A stretch of 64,000 nucleotides of DNA. Source: Candidatus Heimdallarchaeota archaeon (GTDB taxonomy: Archaea; Asgardarchaeota; Heimdallarchaeia; Heimdallarchaeales; Heimdallarchaeaceae). Under the pieces are notes generated by a model that saw only the letters and a list, made by a program, of their open reading frames with translations, ran no database searches and was not told the DNA's origin. The position numbers and the translations under genes were made by a program. The stretch is from contig JABCTC010000001.1 in the NCBI GenBank assembly GCA_018238545.1, positions 88,977 through 152,976 of the forward strand, read 5' to 3'. Shown here piece after piece: positions 20,484 to 30,900 of this stretch (position 1 is the stretch's first letter; each line of letters opens with the position of its first letter).

Positions 20484-21092
20484 TTGCTAGATATTAAATT
20501 AAATGGAGAATTAACTTTGAAAGAAAAAATTTCAAAAAAGGATAAAATCATCAACACAACACTTAAACTTATTGCTGAAAAGGGTAATTTAGATTTCACA
20601 ATAAGGGAGATTGTTTTAAATGCAGATGTTAATATCGCCTCGGTTAACTACTATTTTGGCACAAAAAAGAAATTGATTCAAGAAATAGAGAAGAAATTCA
20701 GTAAAAAATATGCTGAATATGAAAATATTCTAAAAGATACTCAAATTACCCCAAGAGAACGTCTTCTCAAGTGGGCTAATTCTTTAACTGAATACATGGT
20801 GAGTAACCCAGGAGTAATTTCGATTATGTGCAATAAAATATTTTTATCTGTAGATTTTAACAGTAATCTAGAATTATCTTTGCAAAAAACCAATAAGTAC
20901 TTAGTTCGAATTATTAAAGAAATCACAAATATAAATGATGAAGAAATTATTCAATTTAAATTGGTCAAATTAAATGCAGATCTTTTCTATCCTTTGCTTT
21001 TCATTAGAGATTTTGTAAAACTGTTTGGATTTTCTATCCAAAACCATGAAAGCCGAAGGAAATATATCAAAGCAGTTATAGATTCAATTTAA
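20484..21092 (+). CDS. TetR/AcrR family transcriptional regulator
   Basis: FTIREIVLNADVNIASVNYYFGTKKKL helix-turn-helix. Confidence 0.9.
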   Translation: MLDIKLNGELTLKEKISKKDKIINTTLKLIAEKGNLDFTIREIVLNADVNIASVNYYFGTKKKLIQEIEKKFSKKYAEYENILKDTQITPRERLLKWANSLTEYMVSNPGVISIMCNKIFLSVDFNSNLELSLQKTNKYLVRIIKEITNINDEEIIQFKLVKLNADLFYPLLFIRDFVKLFGFSIQNHESRRKYIKAVIDSI

Positions 21093-21125
21093 ATTGAAAA
21101 CAACAATAAAAATCTTGGTGTTTAA

Positions 21126-22430
21126 ATGACAAAGGTATCAAAAGAAGAAGTTCAATATTTAGCTTTTGAGGGTGGGGGCGGAAAAGGTGTAGCATATATT
21201 GGTGCTCTAGAAGTCATGAAGGAGCTAGGTATTATATCTTATTATAATAAAGAAAAAGAAAGTAAAATTTATAGAAGAATCAATACTGACAAAATCAAAG
21301 GTGTTGCAGGAACATCTGTAGGTTCAGTTGTAGCTTTGCTTGTAGCTTGTGGATATTCACCTGAAGAAATGCAAGAAATGCTGATGAAGAAAATAGGTAT
21401 AAATATTCTTGACACAGTAGAATTCGGGAAAATGCCTACTATTTATACAGAGGAGTATCAAGACATAGTTATTCAAGATCCAAGATTTAAAGATATTGAG
21501 AAATTCATGAAAGCTTCATGGTTAGAATATATTAAATCAGAAGATAAGAGTATAAGTAATTTATTGGAAATACCTGTTAATCGTTTACAAAGTGGAGGTC
21601 TGAAATTTTTTTCATTGATCTTAAAAGGTTTCTTTAGTTATGAATCGAAAAAAACTTACTCTAAAGATTCGTCAATTAAAAATAATCTTATCAACATTAA
21701 GGAATTAGTTCATTCAGAAACAATGAGTCCAGCATTAAAAAAAGTTTTAGCTGATCCTATTCATTCATTTAATAGTTTAAAATACGAATATGGGTTATTC
21801 TTAGGTAAGACAGCAAGAGACATGTTTGATTCATGGATTGAACAAAAGTCTGGAATACAAAACTGTACATTTAAAATGTTTCAAAAGGAGTTTAATATAG
21901 ATTTAGTTATACCTGCTGTTAGCGTAAATTCAAAAGAGCTATTCTATTTCAGAAATAATAGAAAGTGGAAAGATTTATGTGTAGCAGATGCAGTAAGAAT
22001 GTCAATAAACATACCTTTCTTGTTTAAACCTGTGTTAATGAAGAAAACAAAAAAGGGAATAAGCTCTGTTACAGATGAAATTCATTTAGCTAATTTTATG
22101 ATTGATGGAGGTGCAATAAACAATCTCCCTATACATGCATTTGATAAAAAAAGTTCTTCAAAGTTAAATCCTTCAGTCGTTGGATTTTCTCTAGTACCGT
22201 ATAAAAAAGCAAAGACAACAGAAATTAATTCCATAAATCAGTATATCGGGGATATAAGTTATATAATCCTAAACAATGCAACAAATCTTCAGATTCTACA
22301 AGAAGAAGATAGAGATCAGATTGTAGAATTAGATACTAAGGACGTGAGTATTTTTGATTTCTCATTTGAAGAGATACCAGAAGAAGTAAAACGGGAGTCT
22401 AGATCTAGAACATTAGAATATTTTTCGTGA
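21126..22430 (+). CDS. Patatin-like phospholipase
   Basis: GGGGKG, GTSVG and DGG motifs. Confidence 0.9.
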   Translation: MTKVSKEEVQYLAFEGGGGKGVAYIGALEVMKELGIISYYNKEKESKIYRRINTDKIKGVAGTSVGSVVALLVACGYSPEEMQEMLMKKIGINILDTVEFGKMPTIYTEEYQDIVIQDPRFKDIEKFMKASWLEYIKSEDKSISNLLEIPVNRLQSGGLKFFSLILKGFFSYESKKTYSKDSSIKNNLINIKELVHSETMSPALKKVLADPIHSFNSLKYEYGLFLGKTARDMFDSWIEQKSGIQNCTFKMFQKEFNIDLVIPAVSVNSKELFYFRNNRKWKDLCVADAVRMSINIPFLFKPVLMKKTKKGISSVTDEIHLANFMIDGGAINNLPIHAFDKKSSSKLNPSVVGFSLVPYKKAKTTEINSINQYIGDISYIILNNATNLQILQEEDRDQIVELDTKDVSIFDFSFEEIPEEVKRESRSRTLEYFS

Positions 22431-22714
22431 TTGCATACCTTTCTGAAATGATTAAAAAATTAATAAGATAATTCATTGCGTATTTTTCCTTTATATTTCT
22501 AAGGAAAAGGAATCTGCTGAAGAGAAAATACAGCGAGATAATATCCTGGGAAAGATGAATTAAGTTTGAAGATAGTTATTGAGAAAAAATAGACAAAAAG
22601 GTAATTCCTACCCTTGTTTATCTGATGAAATCTTCTTAGTAAACCAATATAAGAATCAAGTGTCAGATAAAATTGTTTTGAGTAAACAGGCTATAATTTA
22701 ATGATTACTTATAC

Positions 22715-23629
22715 TTAATTCCAATATTCATCATCTGTATAGTCAGATATTACTCCTATTGATTCTGGACCAAGGTGTGATAGAACTGAACCTCCACTTT
22801 GAACTAATTCGATTTCCATTTCTGGATATCTCTTTTTGATAATATCCGCCATATTGTTTGCATAATCGAGTCTGCTTCCATAGACTATTGCTATATTCTT
22901 TGGAACTTTAGTAAAATCATCAGTACTCAGCTTTAGTGATTCTTCTAGTCCTTTTTGTACATCAGTTGTTGAGCCAGCTGTCACAACGTTTCCTTCTTCG
23001 TTCATGGTTACAATAGGTTTCTTTCTTAACACTGCTCCCATAAGGAATTTGGAAGTTCCAAGTCTACCTCCCTTCCACAAGTATCTTAAGGTTGGAAGGA
23101 GAATGATTGTTTTAATCTTCAAGGCTTGTTGAGTTAATATTTCAGCTATCTCTTCAGCACTGTGTTTCCCTTTTTTGATCAATTTGAGAGCCATTCTTAT
23201 TAAGAAAACCTCTGGAGCAGATGCAGATAAGGAACTTACAACGTGAATATTTACATCCACAAATTGTTTCATTACTTGTTTTGCAGCTAGACGAGCACTA
23301 TTGATTGATCCACTTAAACCTGCACTTACTGTGACAACAACAATGTCCTTTGTTCCCTCTTTGATATGCTCCATATAGGCATCTGTGTAGTCTTTTGGAT
23401 TTGGTTGAGAGGTTTTTGGAACAAAAGAATAAAGATTTAATTTTGGTATGTGTAAAAATGCTTTTTCGTCTTCAAACAATTTATAGTACGCATCTCTATC
23501 AAAATTCTCATCTTCTCTTAGCTCTTCTTCATGAACATACATGTACATGCAAGCTATCTTAACATTGTTTTCTTTAGCAAAATCCCAAGGTAAATCAGAA
23601 CCACTGTCAGTAACTAAACCAATTGTCAT
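22715..23629 (-). CDS. DegV family fatty-acid-binding protein
   Basis: VTDSGSDLP, KTSQPNP, SAGLSGS, YLWKGGR, HLGP. Confidence 0.9.
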   Translation of the reverse strand: MTIGLVTDSGSDLPWDFAKENNVKIACMYMYVHEEELREDENFDRDAYYKLFEDEKAFLHIPKLNLYSFVPKTSQPNPKDYTDAYMEHIKEGTKDIVVVTVSAGLSGSINSARLAAKQVMKQFVDVNIHVVSSLSASAPEVFLIRMALKLIKKGKHSAEEIAEILTQQALKIKTIILLPTLRYLWKGGRLGTSKFLMGAVLRKKPIVTMNEEGNVVTAGSTTDVQKGLEESLKLSTDDFTKVPKNIAIVYGSRLDYANNMADIIKKRYPEMEIELVQSGGSVLSHLGPESIGVISDYTDDEYWN

Positions 23630-23863
23630 AAGATTTTTCTGTATTGCATCATTAAAAATCTATCTTATTCTTTGAACATTGTGAGCGAATATTTATAAAT
23701 TCATAGAACATTCGAGTAGATTCACTCTCTAAAAATCAATTTAAAGATTCAGGACGGTATTATCAAATCTCTGCAAAACTATAGTTAAATTATTTGAAAA
23801 GGCATGAAAAGTATCCGTGAAGAAAAAAAAGAGATGAGCGATTATTTATCACTTCTTGTTAAT

Positions 23864-24271
23864 TCATTCTGTTTTTCTTGCTTTTAGTTCTAGATATAGT
23901 GCTACAGCAAATCCTGCTCCAATTATAAAGTATGACGCAGTGTTCATCCAATTCCAAGCATGAATCCCTTCTAGTCCAAATTGTATGTAGAGCATAATTG
24001 GAACCCCTGTAAAGCCAAATACCATTTCTGTGATCAAGGGGATTTTAGCTTCTGCCCAGTTTGCTTTAAAGAACGTTATGAAACTCATAACTGCTAAGGA
24101 AAGAGCAGCACCACCAAAGCATAGTGGTAATCCTGGATCATCAAAAGGCCATTGTTGAATTCCTTGAAAGAACCATTCAAAGAGAAATAAGAAGGCTATA
24201 GCAAAGCTTATTTGAACACATCCTGTAACAAGAAACCAAATTTTTGTAAATTTTAACATTTCTTCAGACAT
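23864..24271 (-). CDS. Hypothetical 4-TM membrane protein
   Basis: Four hydrophobic segments; GGAG upstream. Confidence 0.7.
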   Translation of the reverse strand: MSEEMLKFTKIWFLVTGCVQISFAIAFLFLFEWFFQGIQQWPFDDPGLPLCFGGAALSLAVMSFITFFKANWAEAKIPLITEMVFGFTGVPIMLYIQFGLEGIHAWNWMNTASYFIIGAGFAVALYLELKARKTE

Positions 24272-24340
24272 ATTTTTGTCTCCTTTTAGATTCTATTTAA
24301 TAGAATCATACAAACACTGTGTTGGCATATCATATAAACA

Positions 24341-24376
24341 TTATGTCTACATACCATGTACCCGTTATGTCTACAT
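24341..24376. promoter_or_regulatory. Two direct copies of near-palindromic TTATGTCTACAT upstream of the 23864-24271 gene
   Basis: Identical 12-mers at 24341 and 24365. Confidence 0.45.
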
Positions 24377-24445
24377 GATTTTACTATTGAAAATGTTTTA
24401 TTAATTCTGAGAAAAAGGGAAAAGTAACACTGAGATACGAGGAAA

Positions 24446-24913
24446 TTAACCAGAATCGCTTTCTAATTTTGCTTTTTCCTTGGTTAAAATCTCTTCTTTC
24501 ACTATTGGAACAACTTTAGACGCAGTAATAATAGGCATATCCGCTTCGTATTTGATTTCTACCCCTAATTCCTTCAAAGTTGATGTGTGTCTATCAGTTA
24601 AGAAGAATTCCCTGAGTTTAATCCAACTGGTAGATATGATCATAGGTATGTTTTTTGGATTTGAGAGCTGATCCTCATTTAATTTTTCTGTATAGTTTTT
24701 AATACACTCGTGATCTGCTGTTAATTCTTTAACCGTATTAATTTCACCACATAACAAACAAAAATTCCAGCGAGCTGCATGCTTGTATAATGCCCTAAGT
24801 GTTATATCATATACCATAAAACTGTTCTTGAATTGTCCGCCCCACAGGTCCAAAACAAAATGTTTTGCTCTAGCGCGAATTCGATGTTTATCGGAAGTAG
24901 CAATATCTGGCAT
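24446..24913 (-). CDS. Hypothetical protein with possible C2HC zinc finger
   Basis: CLLCG-x11-HEC; likely ATG at 24913. Confidence 0.6.
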   Translation of the reverse strand: MPDIATSDKHRIRARAKHFVLDLWGGQFKNSFMVYDITLRALYKHAARWNFCLLCGEINTVKELTADHECIKNYTEKLNEDQLSNPKNIPMIISTSWIKLREFFLTDRHTSTLKELGVEIKYEADMPIITASKVVPIVKEEILTKEKAKLESDSG

Positions 24914-25028
24914 AGTATGTGAACATATTGTTTGCAACCTATATAAATTTTAGTGAATATGCAAGAAATTACCCAGAAAGTATAAAAGAAAGGCTAAGTA
25001 CTGTTTAATATTCTACGGAGTTTAAATA

Positions 25029-27492
25029 ATGACCGATTTTGTTTCTGAAACACCAGAACAAATAGACCAGTTAATTAGAAAAGGCTACAGTAACAAAATA
25101 TTAGAGAAAATTCAATCTGTGCTATCTTCCAAAGAAATTTCTGGAGAAACAAGATTAGACTATCAACTACTCAAATGCCGAGTTTTAACCAAGCTTAATC
25201 AGCACATTCCTGCTCTTAACTTGCTGGAAGAAATAAATAAGGAGACATTCAAAAGTGGTAATGATATCCAACAGTTAGATTACCATATTTGTAAATCTGA
25301 AAATTTTGAAATTACAGGTAAAGTGAAGGAAGGATTAGAGATTCTTGTAGAAGCTGAAAAAATTCTAGAGAAATCTAAAAGTATAGAATCTTTTGAAATA
25401 TTTCAGAGAAAAATCGATTTGTTAATTCAAAGAGCACGAACAATAACTATATCTAAGAGATATTTTGACTATTATCAACCAGAAAGCTTCGATCAGATAG
25501 TAGATTCTTTTGATGAATGCATTAACCTTAGTCACAAACGAAATTATGACTATGGAATAGCCATTTCCCTGGAACTCAAAGGCTGGTTTTTTTACACCCT
25601 AGGTAGACTTAAAGAAGCCTTTGAATGTTATGAAGAAGCTCATGAAATATGGAAAAGAGATGAGAATAAAATGGGTCATGCATGTATTCTTTTTAGAAAA
25701 GGTTTTTTGCATGCTTTTGCAGGAAATTCTGATCCTGCGATTGATCTTCTTGAAGAATCTCTTCTCATCAGTGAAGAAATAGGATCAAAAAGGCTTAATG
25801 CAAGCATACATTTTGCTCTAGATGCAGCATACTATAGCAGAGGTGAGATAGATCTATCATTAAAACATATTAAGATTGCAGTTGAATTATATCGAGAATT
25901 AGGTGATAGAGTATTTATTGCTTTGTCCCTTCACAATTATGGCTTTGTCCCTTCACAATTATGCAACTAAAATTATTTATGAAGATCTGGAGTATGAAAA
26001 AGGATTGACTCTTTTGCATGAAGCTTTGTCGGATGCAAAAGAATCTGGATCAAACAGGACATTTCAAGCAATCCAAACTGGTCTAATTTCCGCTTATATA
26101 TACAAGGGAGAGCTAAATAGAGCTTTAGAATTCATTAATGAGTTAATAGAATCTTTTGCTGAGATTGGAGATATTGAGGGATTAGCAATAGCTCAAATGC
26201 ATAAAGGTCAAATAAATCTAAAAAAGGGAGATTTGGATGAAGCATTGGAATTTTATTCTGATGCTCTTGAAAATTTTAGAATTCTTGAGAGACCAGATGG
26301 AACAAGAGAGTCATTAACTAATATTGGAAAAATTTTTCAAATGAAGGGGGAGTATGATAAGGCTTTATACCAGTTCTATGAATTAAATAAGCAATCCAAT
26401 AATCAAAAAAACAAACTCTTTTTAGCTTTAAATTATTCCAATCTCATTTCTTGTTACCTTGATTTGGGGGACTTGGAGAAAGCTGCCAGTTATCTGCAAT
26501 CGTTACAAGAAATAGATAAGGAGACAGAAAATAAGTTAGTTAAAATTACTAATAAACTATCAACAGCTTTAGTTCTAAAAAGGAATGAAAGCGTTCAAGA
26601 TAGATTGAAAGCCAAAGAATTACTAAAATATATTATCAATGAGAAAGATGTAGAATATCGAACTGTTGAAACTGCAATTTTAAACTTATGCGATCTTCTG
26701 CTTATTGAATTGAAGAAATCAGAAGACTATAAATTACTTGAAGAGCTAAAATCCCTCATAAATAAATTACAAGAAATAGGGATTAGAGAGCTTACTTATC
26801 CTTTACTTGTACAAACATATTGGTTACAATCCCAGATATCTCTGCTTGAGTTTAATGCTGAAGGAGCACAACATCTGTACACAAAAGCACAAGTAATGGC
26901 AGAAGAAAAAGAGTTGGAGCCCATGGCTAGAAAGATTTCAGATGAACACGATTTCTTGATAGGTCAACTTGATTTATGGAAAAAGTTTACTACAAAACTT
27001 CCTTCCATTTTAGAGCTATTTGAACTCACAAGAATAGAAGATATGTTAAGCCAAATGTTAAGAAAAGGTGTAGTTCTTCCTTCAGAAATTGAAAAAGAAG
27101 ATGAACAACCTGTTTTAATCTCTATCTTTACAGAATCTGGTGAATTATTGTTCTCTGAGAAATTATTTGATACTTTGGAAGATGATATAATTGAAAGAAT
27201 TTTACCTGAGATGAAAACACAGATAGAAGAAGAAACTGATTATAATACAGCAAGAAGAGGACGATTATATGATTATTCCTATATACTTAGAAAGATAGAT
27301 AAATTATTTTTCTGTTATTATTTTGTTGGAAAATCATATTCTGCAATTCATAAAATAGAGAAATTTTCAAGAATTTTGAATGAAGCTAGTAAAATATGGG
27401 AAAGACTAGTTACTTTCAGTCAAACTGGATCAAATCTCAACTTTGAGGAACGCAATTTTATCGCTAGTTCTATTGACAACATCTTTTTTTAA
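25029..27492 (+). pseudogene. Large TPR protein with C-terminal longin-like domain, split by a 22-bp tandem duplication frameshift
   Basis: TPR helices in both ORFs; gctttgtcccttcacaattatg occurs twice at 25920-25963 exactly at the frame switch. Confidence 0.8.
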
Positions 27493-27589
27493 CACAAATT
27501 AATAAATTTGGCTTCTTTCTTTTTCCATTATGATGCAAAGATCCTAGGTATTTCTTGCTTTGTAAACAATCCTTTTAAGTTACTACATT

Positions 27590-29035
27590 TTGTCAAATTG
27601 GTTTGAGATTATGAGAATAGGTCTTACATTTGATGATGTTCTTCTTGTACCAAAAAGGTCATCTGTTTTCTCTAGGCGTGATATAGATACTTCTACACGT
27701 CTTTCCAGAAATATCAATTTACAAATCCCAATTGTTTCTTCTAACATGGATACAGTCACAGAATCACGTATGGCTATTGTTATGGCGCAACAAGGTGGAA
27801 TAGGTATTATTCATAGATTTATGACTGTTGACGAACAAGTTTCTGAAGTTAGAAAGGTTAAACGTTCTGAAATGATAAGAATAGACAATCCTTATTGTCT
27901 TCACCTTGAACATACTTTAGCTAATGCTAAAAAAATGATGGATGATAAGGGTATTTCAGGTATTCTTGTTACTGATGATAAGGAGAAACTTATCGGGATT
28001 CTTACCACTCGTGATATCCTTTTTGAGGAGAATGGTGATGTTAAGTTAGCTGATTTGATGTCTACTGATTTAATCACAGCTTCTCCTGATATCACAATAG
28101 AAGAAGCTCAAGACATGTTGAAGAAGAATAGGATTGAGAAACTCCCCTTAGTAGATTCAAAAGGTTATCTGAAGGGTTTGATCACTTCTAAAGACATTAT
28201 AAAAAGCAAAGTTCTTCCTGATTCCTCAAAAGATGCAAAAGGTCGTTTATTGGTTGGAGCTGCTATTGGTGTTAGAGGAGAATATCTACAAAGAGCTGAA
28301 GAATTAATTAACGCAAATTGTGATGTTCTGGTTATCGACATAGCTCATGGACACTCTGATTTGGCTATCAATACCATAAGAGAAATAAGGGAAAACTTTG
28401 GCGATGTAGAGCTCATTGCAGGCAACGTTGCTACAAAAGATGGCACTAAAGAATTGATTGAAGCTGGTTGTGATGGTATCAAGGCAGGAGTGGGTCCCGG
28501 TTCCATCTGCATAACAAGAATCGTTACTGGAGCTGGTGTTCCTCAACTTACAACAATTATGGATTGCTCGGAAATTGCTAAAGAGTATGATGTACCAATT
28601 ATCGCTGATGGAGGTGTTCAGACAAGTGGAGATCTCACAAAAGCTATCGCTGCTGGTGCTTCAACTGTAATGATAGGTGGAATGTTTGCTGGCACAGAAG
28701 AAAGTCCAGGCGCATCTGTTCTACGTCAAGGTAGAAGGTATAAGGTTGTCCGAGGTATGGCTAGTCTAGGGGCTTCTTTAGGAAGAGAATCAAGAAAGAA
28801 AGGTTCTTTTGATGAGCTTGATTTAGGGAGCATTGTTCCAGAGGGTGTTGAAGCAATGGTACCATATAGAGGTTCGACGGTGGAAGTTCTCGAACAGTTA
28901 GTAGGTGGATTACGTAGTGGCATTAGCTATTGTGGAGCTAAGAACATCAAAGAGATGCAAAAGAATGCTGAATTCATTCAAATTACTTCAGCTGGAAGAA
29001 CTGAATCAGCTTCACATGATGTAGAGAAGATATAG
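27590..29035 (+). CDS. guaB: IMP dehydrogenase with CBS pair
   Basis: [48 protein letters not shown]. Confidence 0.95.
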   Translation: MSNWFEIMRIGLTFDDVLLVPKRSSVFSRRDIDTSTRLSRNINLQIPIVSSNMDTVTESRMAIVMAQQGGIGIIHRFMTVDEQVSEVRKVKRSEMIRIDNPYCLHLEHTLANAKKMMDDKGISGILVTDDKEKLIGILTTRDILFEENGDVKLADLMSTDLITASPDITIEEAQDMLKKNRIEKLPLVDSKGYLKGLITSKDIIKSKVLPDSSKDAKGRLLVGAAIGVRGEYLQRAEELINANCDVLVIDIAHGHSDLAINTIREIRENFGDVELIAGNVATKDGTKELIEAGCDGIKAGVGPGSICITRIVTGAGVPQLTTIMDCSEIAKEYDVPIIADGGVQTSGDLTKAIAAGASTVMIGGMFAGTEESPGASVLRQGRRYKVVRGMASLGASLGRESRKKGSFDELDLGSIVPEGVEAMVPYRGSTVEVLEQLVGGLRSGISYCGAKNIKEMQKNAEFIQITSAGRTESASHDVEKI

Positions 29036-29079
29036 CTCTTCTCCTTAATTTTTTGCTACAAATTTTTGGTGCAAATAAC

Positions 29080-29225
29080 TTATGACATGAATTCTATCTG
29101 AATTCTTTAGAAGTACCTAGGTACATCATGGGGACGCCACGAACCCTCCTACCCCGCCCACATCTTTTTGTAAAGATGCTTACGGTTCGCTTTTGGTTTT
29201 TAAGATGTAGACTCGAGGATCACCA
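29080..29225 (-). ncRNA. Conserved structured ncRNA candidate, copy 1 (strand inferred)
   Basis: About 80% identical to 48546-48692 with compensatory changes in two stems; minus-strand TTTATATA at ~29274-29281. Confidence 0.7.
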
Positions 29226-29336
29226 TAAAGTTGGTGCATATCTACAATCCTCACTGGATAATCTGTTTAACCCTATATAAATACCAAGAAAAATATACAA
29301 ACAACTTATAAGTAACAACCAAACCTTTGCACAGCA

Positions 29337-30842
29337 ATGGTGAATTATGGGGCTATTTCAGTTATCATTTTCAAAGTAAAGAACAACCAACCTTACTTTT
29401 ATTTAGTTAAACGAAGTTCAAATATGCCTATTTTTCCAGATACTTGGACACCTATTGCTGGTACTATAAATAAGGATGACCAAGAAGTCTATTCGTTCCT
29501 TTACAATAAATTGGGTAACATTATCGATGATATGAGCTCTAGACTTACAGCTGTTAGACTTATGCTAGAACGAAATTTGCTCTCACCCTTTGAAGAAGAG
29601 CAAGCAAATAAAACTGAACAGGATGTCTATGAAAGGATAAAGAATTTAGATTCTGATTTATTGAGTGTTTATCTTCATTCAATGATTCCCTCTGGTTTTG
29701 AAAAAATTAATAATGGAGAAAATACTTTCAATGTTAAACAATACATTTTCATATCTTCAGGAAGTAGTATTTTTGAAAGACTAAATCTTATCAATAAATC
29801 AACTATTTACATTGATCCTAGATATAAATTAGAAACTAAATCCAGATGGTTCTCTGCTAAACAGATAAAGAAGTTCTATGAAAAATCTAAAAAATTATTC
29901 CTTCCCTCTTTTGCTTATCTTATACATTTGATTACTGATAAAGGAATGAAACTTATCGAAGCATCTCGTAGTCTAGTGAATATATTGGAAACTAATGAAT
30001 CTGTGCACTACCAAATTCTACCTTTCATTTGGAGATATATGACTCAGGCATTAACTTTACCTCCGTTTCACACTACCAATATCTATGTTATTGGAGATAA
30101 AAGAAAATACATTATCGATCCCGGAGCAAATAGTGCATCTGATATTGTGAATCTTATAAGTTTTATTGAAGATCACATAAACGAAATTGAAGGCATCATT
30201 TTAACTAGTGCAAATGCTGATCATTGTAATCAAGTTCTAGAACTGAAAAAAAGATACAATTTCCCAATTTACGCTTCTCATAATATAACAGGAATTATGG
30301 AAAGAGAAGGATGTGTGATTAATCACGAATTAAAAGAAGGTGATAGAATTCAGTTAGGTCCCTACGAACCTACTGGTGAGAGCAACTGGTTTATGGAAGT
30401 TATAGATCTTCCTGGCAACTCTCTTGGATGTATTGGCTTATGGGATTCTAGAGGAATAATCTTCACTGGTTCAACACTACATAAAACACTAGTTAACACT
30501 CCTGGTCCTTACCCTAATTCCTTTGATGATTTATTTAGAAGTTTAAATAAACTGAAAAAATATCCAGCTCGTTTTGGACTTTCAGGTCATGGTAACTTAA
30601 TAGCTGATGTGAATGCTTCGATATCACTCAATCTAAAAAGAATGAAATGGTCAGAAAAATCTATTTTAAAGTATCTCAAGAAAGGTATTTCTCAGATAGA
30701 TGAAATTGTTGACACGCTTATTGTTAAAGATCTACCCATGTGGAAAAGAATGACAAGAAATACCATTGTAGCTACTCTTGATAAACTGGTTCTTCAAGAA
30801 AAAGTTCTTCGAAGAGGGGATGGTTACTTACTCTCAAAGTAA
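29337..30842 (+). CDS. NUDIX-like + metallo-beta-lactamase-fold (LACTB2-like) fusion with degenerate metal-binding motifs
   Basis: TLPPFHTTNIYVIG, IIDPG, LTSANADH (in place of THxHxDH), SGHG. Confidence 0.7.
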   Translation: MVNYGAISVIIFKVKNNQPYFYLVKRSSNMPIFPDTWTPIAGTINKDDQEVYSFLYNKLGNIIDDMSSRLTAVRLMLERNLLSPFEEEQANKTEQDVYERIKNLDSDLLSVYLHSMIPSGFEKINNGENTFNVKQYIFISSGSSIFERLNLINKSTIYIDPRYKLETKSRWFSAKQIKKFYEKSKKLFLPSFAYLIHLITDKGMKLIEASRSLVNILETNESVHYQILPFIWRYMTQALTLPPFHTTNIYVIGDKRKYIIDPGANSASDIVNLISFIEDHINEIEGIILTSANADHCNQVLELKKRYNFPIYASHNITGIMEREGCVINHELKEGDRIQLGPYEPTGESNWFMEVIDLPGNSLGCIGLWDSRGIIFTGSTLHKTLVNTPGPYPNSFDDLFRSLNKLKKYPARFGLSGHGNLIADVNASISLNLKRMKWSEKSILKYLKKGISQIDEIVDTLIVKDLPMWKRMTRNTIVATLDKLVLQEKVLRRGDGYLLSK

Positions 30843-30900
30843 TGATTAGTTTGAAATATTCACGCTAAAACTTATATTTGCATCAAATACTACCCAAACA

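Noticed and set aside
21126-22430. Patatin as a CBASS CapV effector
   Set aside because: No CD-NTase or other defence genes nearby; the lipid context explains it
29140-29195. Group II intron domain V (GAACCGUAAGC...) in the repeated element
   Set aside because: The 3' arm of domain V, domain VI, a GUGYG 5' end and a reverse transcriptase are all missing
30873-30890. Match of the putative copy-1 guide (tatttgcaccaaa) to the dehalogenase promoter (tatttgcatcaaa)
   Set aside because: 12/13 identity in AT-rich DNA is expected by chance and the guide boundary is not established
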